A DNA stretch of 64,000 bases from Ophelia neglecta (taxonomy: Eukaryota), in NCBI GenBank assembly GCA_965285935.1, contig OZ260662.1, positions 77,128,001-77,192,000 of the forward strand. The letters run 5' to 3'. A program made the translations under genes and the position numbers. Of this stretch, positions 40,601 through 53,252 are shown piece by piece; position 1 is the first letter of the stretch; the number at the start of each line of letters is the position of its first letter. Below the pieces are notes generated by a model that did no database searches, was not told where the DNA came from, and saw only the letters and a program-made list of their open reading frames with translations.

Positions 40601-41387
40601 ATTTTTAACCTAACAGGTCATATCATAAAAAGTTGCCATGTGGGAATATGTGCTAAAATTGCTATGTACTGGCAAGACTCTCTGACAGGCCCGAACAAAT
40701 AACTGGAAGAAATTTCTAAACTCAGTAACTGTCCATTTCTATGCAATGACTTTTGTTGACACAAATCTCCTGCCTGTCATGGTGTGAGGTATTGCTTTAA
40801 TTGATGCATCCCCTAAAGAAACAAATGAGGCATTCTGTAAAGTACTGTGGCCTAATGGCCAATCACAGCCCTGCATTCTCTCTGCTGAGAATGGTACCAG
40901 ATTTGAATGAAAAGTAAAAAGGACGGCGAGGTTCCTTGCACCAACAGCAAAATATGTGTCACCAAGGACTTACTGATATCGCTCAGCCAATTTCAAGGAT
41001 GATGGAGAAGTATTGCTTGCCAGTGCACAATGCTATGACATCACCAACAGTTTGAAACTACAAGTTACTATCTCCATATAAAAGAACTCACATCCTTTTT
41101 TCCTATTGTCTGCCCCTGCATGAAAAATATATAAATTTTGTGAATTTTTTTGAATACAGTGAATAAGTGTGTTTTGATATTTGTTAATATCAGATTGTTC
41201 CATTCCAGAACTTCTACCTGAGAAAGACTTCCAAGAGATGATGGGAAAAATATTCACAGAAAGAGACAAAGAAAATTGGGAGCCATTCTGGGTTGCCCGT
41301 TACTCTGTACTAGTAAAATGTCGAGGAATCATCAAAACAAAAGGATATATTTTTGATGCCACTCGAGACATCAAGAAGAGGAAATGA
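37632..41387 (+). CDS. GCLM: Glutamate-cysteine ligase modifier (regulatory) subunit
   Basis: Seven in-phase exons: 37632-37745, 38953-39018, 39227-39308, 39406-39462, 39751-39941, 40178-40292, 41209-41387. Motifs VHTGNIVNWNRLK, LGLSDLD...LYSWAKVKP.INQVNL.SCCVMPPEL..FA..HDIQLLTH.DP, WVARYSVLVKCRGIIK.KGYI. Confidence 0.96.
38768..38777 (+). promoter_or_regulatory. Candidate antioxidant response element (Nrf2/CNC-sMaf), TGACTCAGCA, in GCLM intron 1
   Basis: Exact NF-E2/ARE core; GCLM is an established Nrf2 target. Confidence 0.4.
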
Positions 41388-42034
41388 TATGTGTTTTCTG
41401 ACAATTAAAACCACCAGTGCACTAGCTTAAAATTGATATATATGTCAGTGTCATGTAACTGAATTTAATAACTAAAATAGTAAAAGCTGGACCTGGTTAG
41501 TATAAGTATTGGTATTAAGAAACACCAAGCACAAGATGTAAAATGATATATACATCTAGCTTCAGCTGTACTCAAGACCCTGCAATAAATGTACTAATTC
41601 AGTTAGGAATTCATCTTCAACATAGTTTATAATTTTGCTGATGCAAATAGAGGTCTAACATCCAGGTTCAGGTTTTGAAGTTTTGGTAAGAAAAACACAA
41701 ACATTTTTACAAGATGTAAAACCATATATACATATAGCTTTGGCAGTATTCGAGATCCCACAATATTTTCAACATCTTCAAGGTCTTATCAATATACTCT
41801 AAAATGCAAATTGCTGCACATCCTATCAAGTTCTTAAATCTATACATGAAATCTTGCTGTGCATTGTCAAGAACAACTCACAAAATTCCTGATTTAGGCT
41901 TTTTGTAGCATGAGCTTAGAACAGCATTCATTTGGTCATCTTTGTTGTTCACAATGTGTTGCTCACCTTGAGTAATGTCACAAACATGTCTTCTATATTT
42001 TTTACACTTTTTTGTTTGTAGGTGGTTGTTAACT

Positions 42035-42110
42035 TGGTTTGGACTCGAACCCACAACACATAATACCACCTAACCCAGGAATATCAGTGACTCTGTCTAT
42101 TGTGCTACAT
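42035..42110 (-). mobile_element. Degenerate tRNA-like SINE head
   Basis: Minus-strand GTAGCACAATAG (A-box-like) and GGTTCGAGTCC (B box); no cloverleaf. Confidence 0.3.
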
Positions 42111-44468
42111 CCCCAACCCCGATATATGAATAATAACACATTCATACTTTAACATTTTAATCTTTAGATAATCACTACAAACAAGATTTTTAGCAATTGA
42201 AAAAATCAGAAAAAAAATTTTTCTGCAACGTGCCTAAAGAAGGCAGGCTTTCCTCATGGCCAGTCACAATTTAACAAATCTCCAGCTGTATCATTCTTGG
42301 TTTTATAGTTAGAATAGTACAGATTTGAAAAAAAATTAGTTATTTTTATACATTCAAATGATTTACTAACATTGTCAAGTAGCTAGGCCAGAAAAATATA
42401 TATGGGGTTTCAGATTCGGAAAAGAGAATTAAATGTAGGGTTGAGTGGAATGTTAATGTGTATAACATCATCCCCAAACTGCAATGTTATTGGAGTAATA
42501 ATGATGTAAATCTTTGAATATTTTGCTTTTTACTCTCAAATTCTGCACTGCTCAGGCCTAACTTCTAGATTATGGCACGATTCCATGATTCATTATTATT
42601 ATATAAATTTTGTCCTAGCCTACTCCTAGGTCACCTTTTGTCACAGGATAGTGTAAAAAAGAGACTTGTAACAAAGCTTTTTGACTTGATCAAACAGTAA
42701 TAATCAGAAGCACACTTTTTTTGACCTAGTCTAGTCATATAATTTCCAAACAGTACTTTTCTATACACCTATTTTAGTTACTTGTATATAAAAATGCTTT
42801 TGCATTAAATTACAACTAGCAATTGATTTGCTTCTCATTCTTGACTAGAAAATCCTTTAATGTACTAGAATTAATGTCTCCACAGATATACTGTAAACAT
42901 GCCATGAATCGTAGTACTGGTATATTGCATAGGCTTACTTTATCTTAAATAGTTTTTAATTAGTATGAATAAGGATAGATTTATCATAAGTTAATGAAAA
43001 TATATGGCTAGTACATTCATCAAATAACGTTGAATTCTGTATGAATCAAAGGCTTGAATTAATTAAACATTAGTAAAATGTTCCTTGCGACACATTATTT
43101 CATAACAATGAAAAAAGCAGCTTTTTTATACTTGTACATGTTTCTTTTTCTAGGTTGATTATATACTAAAATGCCAGGTGTGATATTATTGTTAAAAGAC
43201 AACGAATTTCTTATTTTTCCAGTTTTCTACATGTATGGGGCAGGTTGTTTGGTCACCTAATTGCAGCATATGTGTACATAGGAAAACACTTCATTAGAAT
43301 ATCAATATTCCTTTACTTCTATACTTCATGAACCTGACAATTCTGTCCACTACTAATAAAGTGATAAATATTCATATACAATGTAAAGTAAATGTCCATG
43401 AGTGATGTACATATAATGACACATGTCTCACAGTTTGCATCAATGTGTATATCTTGGGGTTTTTTTTCAAATAATGGTAGCATAAGTGACATATTGGTAG
43501 AGGTATGTGTAATTAATTTGCCAGTATTAAATTTTCTCATGACATGCTTTGATTTTGTTTTATAAATGAGCCATATATATATTTTTTCCAATAATGGTAA
43601 AAGAAACCATTTAAATGTAGGCTTCTAATAAAATTACAGTATTAAATCCATACAATGTTATTTGTGGTTCTTGTCCGAGCTGATAATAAAAACAATTTAA
43701 CTGTATTACCTTCTTGTATAATAATTTCCATACGGGGGGAGGGCGAAATTTTATTTTAAAATGACAATGGACAAACCAGAATCTGTCAATCATCATAAGC
43801 TGGTAAAAATGACTAGGCACTTGAACATATGACATGGGGGTAGTCATTGCTCCCTCTAAAACTAATTTATCCATAAGCCTTTAGTTATATAGGAACATAA
43901 GAAAAGCTTGACTGTAAAAATTCACCTATTTCTGGTGACCAGAAATATATGCCATAGTTTTTGTTTCAAATGTGTAGGGTGGAATGGAATAAACTTGGAC
44001 TTTTGACCACTGTAGTACCAATAACCTACTAGCACATCCATAACCAACAAATAAAGTGGCATGGATAGTCTGGACGACAAAGCTCGCTTTGAAATTATTT
44101 GCAACAAGTGCTATTTGTCTAATTTATTAAATGCCAAATCCTTTTCAAGTTATATACATACTGGTAGCTTCTGACTTGTAATATTATTCTTAATTTGTAT
44201 TAAAAGCCATTAAGTTAAATGTTTGTAAATATTTGTTTATATAACAGACACATTACTACATTTTGTTAATGTCCAATCAACATTTCTTTAATCAAATTGT
44301 TGTAACCATGCATGCAACTTGAAACAAATCATACACCTGACAAATAACCAGAGGTATGCGAGGCGCATATCTGCTAGTGCCTAGTATATAACTTATATAA
44401 TAGGTAGTAGGGGACAAGGACTCTTGTACATGTTCAAATAACAACAGTGTGTGTACGTCACTTCCTGG

Positions 44469-47400
44469 TTAAATAGCTGTTTCTTCGTTGTTTCTCGTAG
44501 ACCGTAGACAGAGGACATTCATGACCGTGTCACAGACTCCTCCCTCTCTCTGTAAGGACAGAGGCCCCTGGCTCAGGCCTGGCTCTGGCCCTTGGCGGAG
44601 GTCATGGGCAGGGCCATTGACTAGGGTTACATCCAGCCCATGATGCTCTATAGATGGTCCTTCTGCCAAGCTGGAATCAGGCCCTTTGGTAAGGTCAGGG
44701 TTAGGCCCCTTCAGGTCAACATAGTCAGCCCTAGGGATAAATATTAATCATATAAACGTACATGTACATACTACAGGTATTACTTAATCAATTGGTATAA
44801 TTATGTTTATGACCATTCATGCAGAATATTGGGAAGTGGGGGATTTGTATAATTCATACTGTTTTTTAAAGCTGGTTTCATAGTTACTTAAAAATAAGAA
44901 ATAATAATTCAAAGAACCTGTGCTCAGAACATTTAACTGGATGATGCTGTCCTACAAAGACTTGTGAAATATAAACGAATGGTTGAGGGTTTTTTATTGG
45001 CCCTTAATGAGGATCACATTTTTACTTGAAAATAATCCAGGAATACATGACAGAAAGTGATGCACAATTAGAAAAGGGGGCAGGGGCAGGGGTTAAATTT
45101 TTTTCAGAATATAACTTTTCCCCATCTTAGTAGCAACAATTTTTTTTAACAAAACTGACATTACTGATTTTTTTCTAGTTAGCCAATAACAATTTCTTCC
45201 CTAAATATGGCCAACAACCTTTTTTTCTTCAAAATTTATTGGTTTTTACTATATAACTCTGCGACTCCAGTATTCATAGCTAAAATAAATTTTGAATGTT
45301 AGGCTGATATTTTGTACTTTTTTTAAATACATTCACATTATAGTCTGTATAATTTGAGCACAATTTTCTTTTTTTTTAAAGGACATGAATACTCCACCTA
45401 AACCAAGTAATGTATACTACTAACCAATATTTAAGGTTTATTTGTAAAGTACAAACTGTATTAAAGACAAGAGATTCTTTTAATCCAGTAACAATTTACA
45501 CTTACATATAACAGTAAGATATCTATATATGTAAATATGATATTTTCAATAAATCCAATATAATGTGAAATACTGCAAAAAGAAATGAGAAAAGTGAAAA
45601 GATGATGTCATTTTATTTATGATGTCATGGACTGATCAAGTCCTGATGACATATCAAGTATGATGTCATAGTACTGATCTAGGCCTGCAGATGTCATTGG
45701 ACTATCTAGTACTGATGACACAATAATAATAATAATGTCACGGGACTGACTTCTGTCCCGATGCATTGTCTTCCATACATGTTCAGAGTGAAGTAGGTAA
45801 AAATACATCAAGAAAAAGGGTGACTGAGGTGTATGGCGTGTAGTGAGTTGTGCCATTCCACTTTTTTACATACAAGTTAACAACTTCACACTTGCCTACA
45901 TTGTGCATATCATAGGGTTAGAACAAATAACAGGCAATGCTTTGCGTAAAATGGGAACACTTGCTAGTTAAACCAAACAAATCATTTTGAAATGTTTAGG
46001 TTAGAGACACCAACGAGATGCAACTATTTGCTTTCAACAACATCATGAATGAGTTATCAAAGAGACAAGCCAATTTTCCAATAGGCCCAGGCTATAGAGC
46101 CAAATCTCTTATTGGCTCGGGTAATAGAGCATCATATATTATATACTTTTTTTTACATGGTTGGTTTCCCGATTTAAAGAAATAACTACATTGTATCATC
46201 AGGTTGTATTAAATTTTTTTTTACATAGAAATGCAATTTTGGCACACATTCTATAACTATATAGGTACAATAAAAGCTATTTAATTATAACATGTAGTAC
46301 GACAACATGTACTTGAGTAGATAAGCCTACAAACAGCAAAGTATACAAAGAAATCTTATTGTTATTTGCTTGATGCCTCCATAATAAACACTTCATAATA
46401 TACATGTATATCTAAATATACATTGTACAGTTCTATAATGATATTCTACACTGCTGTTAAACAAGCAACACTTATAAAAACATCAACTTTTAATTTTGTT
46501 TGCCTTTTAAAATCAAGAAAAATCATCATGTTTTCACATTTAATTTCTGTAGGCATGCTGGTTAAATTAAATAGAATATCCTTTAGACTGTAGCCATGTA
46601 TGTGGGGAAAAAGTTACAAGACAAGTGCATTCCTGACAAAGCGATGACTACTGAAAATGTACTTAAACTAGCTTGTTTAAATGGCAGAAATTAGGAGTCC
46701 ATTTGCATTTGATGTGGATCCATGAATCAAGTCATTGCTAGGCCCACAATGCATGTTATTATTGGGCCCCTCTGCTAGAGACTTATCTGGCCCTTGTGCT
46801 CCTGAGGGGCCTTGATAGTAAGCTCTGTTAGGCCCTTTACGTAGCTCTTTATTAGGCCCTCGCTCGTAAGTATAATCATTACTGGAAAAAAATAAAATAT
46901 AGCAGCTTTAACACATGCAACATAGCAACTGACACATGCAGAGGTGATCACACTGAAGATGAGCATGCAAATCTATAGAAATAATTGTTCAGTCGATAAC
47001 ACATCAATACATATAATTAACTAAGAATTCAATGAAAACTTTAAAGGAAGATGAAATCAAATCAGACGGTTTATTTCTGACATTAAATATGATACATACA
47101 TAATGTTATCTAGATTGGGTCCCTTCGCCAGAGTGGGGTCCGGTCCTTTGGCTTTTATTCTGTTTTCAGATACATAAGTAGTATGATGTATGGCAGCAGG
47201 AGTTGTTCTGGGGACAGCTGGCGACCTGATAGAGAAATTCAAAACACTTTTAAACATGCCTTAGACAACACAATCACAAATAGAGCAGATGATTATTCCT
47301 ACTACAGAGCAATAATGGTTAGATATATTAGACACTCTTAATTCTACACTCAAATTATATGGCATCCATGCCCACCTTGTTCTTTGCTGTTTTTTCTTAG

Positions 47401-50400
47401 CCTTGGTGACTTGTTTAGGCTGCTGTGAACCATGCCCGGGAGAGGCTGCTCTGGCTGGAGACAGAGCTCTGGCTGGGCTACTTTTTGCAGCGGTCGAAGA
47501 ACTAAATGGATAACAACATCAGTACATTTAAAATTGATAAAAACATATTCTCTGCAATCAACAGTAAAGATAGGGTGGTAGAAACTGTACAAAAGTACAA
47601 ATAACCCTCTTGAACCTGGCCATGACATGGTTAGGTCCTGGTACATCCATTTACTGAGGGATTCCTTAACATTTTAATATTCCACGCTACACTCAGCGAG
47701 TTGTGACTGGCGAGAATGACTGCTGTGACATCACATCATGCATGTGCCAAATTGACAACAATTTTTTGTCAAATATTGAGTAGCATTCAAAGTGGGTACA
47801 TTTCTATAAAAATGAAGCTTGCAGTAAATTTAAGTTTCTTAATAATTCTTATCAACTTTACAGGTTTAACTCAGAAGAGTTTTAAACACACATTTGTCGT
47901 TTGGCTATTCTTGCATGTATGGTGTAGTGAGAGGAGTAGTGAGAGGTACCTGGGTGTGGGATGTGACACGGTGACATGCACTGCCGAGGCAGATACCGGG
48001 GTAGAGCCTCTCGGGCTGGCCGAGCGATGGGGACTGCTGGCTCCACTGCCGGCGTGACTGCCAGACCTGGCCTCACTGCGAGAAGGAGCACTTGAAGGCA
48101 AAATAATCTTAATGAATAAAATACCAAAATCATTGTTTGCCTCTGAAAATATCATGAAAATGGAACACACAAGTCAAATCTAATACAGTCATGTACATGT
48201 TCCTACACCAAGATGTTCACTAGCTATACAAACCAAATTCTACACTCACATAGTCTATATATAGAGAGTAAAAAGCTACGTGAACATGTATGTGTAGGTG
48301 CTGATACCCATTAACTTAAAACTATTCACATTTTGGGCACATGTCTAATTACAAGCACGTGTCTACCTTAAGAAGGCCTACAAATTAAAGCACTGCCCTA
48401 GACAGGTTAATCAGTATAGATTAATTGTTGGTACTATGTTGGCAGACAAAAGAATGGTGCTTTAAGCTAGAACTTAGTACAATTCTATGGACTGCTATAT
48501 TTACACTAAACATACATACACTCTGTGAGAATGTGAACTCCATTCTGTACCAAAATTATTCTTTAGCTCAGGCAAAGAAGTTGAGAGAAAGTCTTCCATA
48601 TTTTCTTTCAATTCAATAAATAATGTTAGCTCTATAGTTGAATCAAAACACCCAATGGTATGAATCAAGCAGGTTGTAGGTATATAAAGGGAAATTTCCT
48701 GTTGAGAAACCACATGCCCATACTGATAAGACCCAATAGCATGCGGTTCATTGACAGAACAAGTACAAGTACAACTAACACGTTAAGATTATTATCTTAA
48801 GAATGCTCTCATGCAAAAGTTAAAATTTCCACAACTCCAGCTGCGATCGTGTGCAACTCTCCACCTCAAGGAGGGAAATTGACATGCAAGAAAATGGACC
48901 TTACCTAGATCAATAGACAGTATAATTTTCTTAGGTATTAAATACACCGGAATGTGCAAGGTAAAGGTTAATTGCCTCTTTAACCTCTTTAGCTCATTAA
49001 ACAAAACTGTATTTCTTATCTGTGTATATGTGTAGTCTATTTTGTTAGTAAGAAAGTTAGCCTTTTTCTCTTAGGAAAGGCAAAATAAAAATTGGATGGC
49101 CCTCCTTTTAGACAAAGTCATTCTACTCAGTTACTGTATGCTATTTTGCTAAAGAAAGTGCTTCCAAGGGTCAAGATATCTATTATCTATAATCTTGAGA
49201 AAATTATGATTTAAGAGCACGTGTTAATATTGATAAGACTCCCGCATCTCACCTTCTCTCCAGGCAGACAAGCTCTCTACTGCTCTATGTTCTTGATACA
49301 CAGATTGGGGTGAGTAAGAGTCAGGCATAGGTGGAGTTAGGGAAAGGGGTCGAGAGGGCTGGGAGGGGGAGGGGGGAGTACTAGCATTTCTACATGTAAC
49401 TCTGGTGCCAATCAAAACAATTACATGTAATTCATTCATATAAGCGTAAGGGCCACTTGTTAAATTCCAGTGAATCCTTCCTAACAATTTGCCACTCTTA
49501 TGGGGAAGGCAGACATATTCAAGTGTATATTTAATGTATGCGACTACCAAAATCCCTGCTGTACCTGTATGGTTCTTAAAAAAACATTAGAGAAAAAACA
49601 AGGAGGGATTAACTGTAAAATGGTTACAGTTTGATAGAGAAAAAACAACACCCATCACCAACAATTAATCAATCAATATAATAAATTGTAGTAAAAAAGT
49701 TGAATAATCCAATTTCAAGCACAACATGCCTAATTTTGAATTTATGGTGTTATCTCTCACCTTTTCACAAAATGATGGGTTAGAGGCTTTCTTAAGCCAT
49801 GATGGGTGTTAGTTTTACCATTTTTCCCAGATTTTCTCAACTTTGACCCATCATACCTGTCAGCCATAGACTGAAGCAGACGACGTGCCGTGGCCTCATT
49901 GTGGTTACAGGACTCCAAGCTCAGCTCAATGATACTTTGTGGGTGGTCTTTGAACTCTGCAATCAACTTGTTTTTTACTGTAAAAAAGAAACATGAGAAA
50001 CATTACCATATCACTTGCTGGAGAGTATATATAATCTTATTGTATCATGACTAATAAAACAAATGATCCATCTTTATCTTATCTTGACAATACAAACAAA
50101 GAGCATGGTAAACTCAACAGAACAGCCATTGCAATGTGCTCACTTTTGTTTTTCTCAGCAGGTGTCAGTCCCTTTGGACTTGGAGCCCTCTGGGGAGAAG
50201 GCTGAGGTGAACGAGGGCGAGTAGTAGAGTGAGAAGGAGTTGCTTTCTTTTTTTCAGGATATCCAAGTTCCTTCAGTTGACTTCTTACTTGTGATTCACT
50301 ATTGTGAAGACTGTAATACACAATGAACAAAAATCATATGATGGAAATAGGATATAAATACATTTTTTTTAGAAATACAAGCTCTCATCATGGAAAAGGG

Positions 50401-51210
50401 ATAAGGGATATTTATGTCCATCATTTCTTATCCTTATTTGTAACCAAGGTGAATGTTAAGCTGGCATTTTTCTCTAATCCTCACATTTAATGTTCATTAT
50501 GTCAACAACTATGACATACATGTACTTATTTTACATTGTAACAATTTTGAAAGACTGTTTAAACTTTGACGATAAGCTCCCATTTCTTGGAAGCATTGTA
50601 GGGAAGCTTTGGAATACACTGGACTTTGCATTAATGCCCCTGTTGTATATAACAAGTATAATGCAGAGACTTAGCATTAAAGCGAGTTGATCTTGAACAC
50701 ATGGGTAAAGGTAAATTAGGGGAAAATCAACAGAATATGCCTCTGTTTTCTACTTAGTTGCTTAATGTTTGCCCCAAACTAGGATATGTTTTGGTTTGTG
50801 AAAATTACCTTAACATTTTTAATGTCACCAGGAGAGAGCACAGCTTTTGATGTAAAATGCCCTTAATATTATCATTAAATGCAGTCATCTGTAAGGTTAA
50901 GTTGTGCCAGTTGCAATTATACAAAAAAAAAGATAAAGGAGCAATTGTCGATGGACAGATGAATAGACAGGCTTCATATAGCTGATAAAAATACTAACTA
51001 CTTTTGGTTAAGAATCATTATTTAAATCTTAAAAAATCAAATCCCATAGGTACTTACGTTCTCATCAGATCGCGAATGACTGCCTGGGAGGCTGTGGGAA
51101 AATCATTGGTCAGTTGCATGATGACCAGTGTAGTTTGATTGGAAGTTTCATGTTTCTGATGTCCAGCCGAAACCAAGTAAGCAATCGCAAGGCCATCTAC
51201 ATTTTTTGCC
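44469..51210 (-). CDS. Uncharacterised protein with CUE/UBA-like helical repeats, S/P-rich linker and C-terminal GP-x6 repeats; 5' exons not found in the window
   Basis: In-phase exons 51210-51058, 50310-50144, 49977-49857 (alternative donor 49761), 48090-47950, 47501-47376, 47225-47100, then terminal exon 44730-44469 or 46881-46677. QLTNDFPTASQAVIRDLM and KLIAEFKDHPQSIIELSLESCNHNEATARRLL resemble CUE/UBA motifs. Confidence 0.75.
46677..46881 (-). CDS. Alternative terminal exon of the CUE/GP-repeat gene
   Basis: TCCAG acceptor, phase 2; translates NDYTYERGPNKELRKGPNRAYYQGPSGAQGPDKSLAEGPNNNMHCGPSNDLIHGSTSNANGLLISAI*. Confidence 0.7.
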
Positions 51211-52748
51211 CTGAAACAAAAATAAAGTATAAAATTGTTTATCAAAGAATGACACACATCTTTCAGCATAACATGAACCGTTGATAATAAATCTTGAGTT
51301 TCTAAGCACAAATATTTCACTTTATTAATGCACATCCTAAACATATTTTTAATATGTTTATATACAATACTTAATTTGTCCTTAAGCAATAACATAAATA
51401 TTAGTTGGAAACCAATTGTGTAAAAACTAGACTGAAGTTGATGCCAACTGGCATTGATGGGAATGCCTCCACAAAGGGAAGCAGACGGCCCTTTACTGAC
51501 TTGTAGATCAAGGTAAGGGGGGGGGGGGGGGAGCACACCTCACCAAATGATCAAGGTCAAGTTAAGGACTCCAAATTAGCCTTCAATACATTTGTATTGA
51601 ACAATCAATCCTTAAAGAGGCTCTTAAAATTTTGACTGCATGTAGTATAAATAATATTATGGACATATCATCAATGAAAATGGGAATCTTATTAATTGGA
51701 TGTCCTTCATTTTAAAATCACATGTATCAAAGGTACTGACCAATATTAATTTATGAATGATTTGACTAACTGGCCATATATTTAGCCACTTGTCTTATCT
51801 TTCAGACTTGAGTAAATTTTGGACAGCAATTCTCATGCAAACGGGTGAACAATTTTTGTTTGAAAACTCAAAGCCCCCAAATTTTTATTCTCATCACACA
51901 AGGCCAGGTCCCCTTAGGCATGAGGCAGTTGGTTAACCCATTTGCTATTATCGGTGGCATATGTACATTAAGCATGAATATTGGTGTCAAGGAGGTATGG
52001 GAGTAGAAGACAATCTCATGTTTCAAATTATGAATCTTAAGTTGGATGCAGGCATCTGGTTGCAGATAAGGCTGGATGCAAATAGGGCTTAAAGAAAATA
52101 GAAGTTTACAAAAGGTACATCCAGTAGAGATAACCATAAGCCTGATGGTGGCTTTGGAATATTATGACTTTTGCTTGATATACATATTCTGTCAGATTTC
52201 CCTGACCATGATTAGGAAGGAATCATTGAGCGCTGGATATGTTTTGCTTCTTTGGAAAATACTGCTAACACTATTATTTAAAAGGCAAAATAAAGAAATG
52301 AAATGTGGAAAATGACCATTTCATTACAGCGAGAAGTCCAGTACTTTAAATCTACCCAACGAGTCCATTGCCATCATGTTCAGCAGATTCTCCATGGATA
52401 TACTATTGAAATATTCACACTCAGTTGCTTCAATTTGAAACTTTTACCACTGAATATAGAGTCCAGTGGCTTCCTTCAATCAGTTGTGCCTTCTTGAAGT
52501 CCCTTGATGTAAACAAACCACAATGTTTGTGGCTCTATCATCTGTTTGATGTGAAGGTGCCACAAACATTGCTTACTGCTAATTGGTATTCATCAGAAAG
52601 GTGTAAAAGTGCTGCTCTTTCCTGATTGGTTGGTTAATAAATAGAGGCATCAGACAGACATTTCTTGGTGAGCTGGTTTTGGGAGTAAGGGCAAACACAT
52701 TTTGGCTCACCAACTTGTCACAATCCTCTTACCAGATCTCTACTCACC

Positions 52749-53171
52749 ATGAGCATGCCTGCTGACAACCCTTGGGACACAGTGTCCGTCTTCCTGGATG
52801 AGCTGTCTGATGTGTACAGCAGTCTGCAGACAGAGAGGCTGAGTCCCAAGTCTCAGCTCTCAGCTCAGTATATACTGAACACCACTCGACAAGCTGGAGC
52901 CATTGTCAAAAAGATCCAGAGGCTTTTCAGCCTTGTGCGTCTGCTATACCAGAAGTGTCGTCATCTCAACAAGAAACTGGAAGATGTGATATTTAACGGT
53001 GAACTCAAGCACTACTACCCTGTGTGGAACAAGCTTCAGGTGTATGAGAGTGAACGCTGTGTGCACTCCTCCTCCCTCCTCAAGTTGGCTGGCCAAGTAG
53101 ACAGATTGATGGAGAAGATCACCACCTCCCACCAGACCTTCCTCTCCCAGTATCCCCGGCTGTTTGGCTGA
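52749..53171 (+). CDS. Uncharacterised 140-aa protein, array 2 copy A
   Basis: Intact 423-bp ORF. Confidence 0.75.
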   Translation: MSMPADNPWDTVSVFLDELSDVYSSLQTERLSPKSQLSAQYILNTTRQAGAIVKKIQRLFSLVRLLYQKCRHLNKKLEDVIFNGELKHYYPVWNKLQVYESERCVHSSSLLKLAGQVDRLMEKITTSHQTFLSQYPRLFG

Positions 53172-53217
53172 GACCCCTGGCAGTCTCACATCCATGTCTT
53201 ATGGGTGTACATTCACT

Positions 53218-53252
53218 GGTCCTCTTCAGGACCATCACATCCTCCAAGAGAG
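53218..53252 (+). terminator. Histone-type 3' stem-loop plus downstream element (copy A)
   Basis: GGTCCTCTTCAGGACC (53218-53233), ATCAC ATCCTC, CAAGAGAG (53245-53252). Confidence 0.75.

Noticed and set aside
45640-45740. Hammerhead ribozyme or C/D snoRNA (CTGATGA motifs)
   Set aside because: No correctly placed GAAA core or consistent terminal stem; no hammerhead core was noticed in the arrays either.
49253-49389. Extra S/P-rich exon of the CUE gene (NASTPPSPSQPSRP...)
   Set aside because: It has plausible splice sites, but exit phase 1 does not fit the next exon (phase 2); left unresolved as a possible alternative or terminal exon.
52749-53171. 140-aa ORF as a divergent histone (similar size, tandem array, stem-loop)
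   Set aside because: No basic tail, low K/R content and no H1/H2A/H2B/H3/H4 motifs; only the gene architecture is histone-like.
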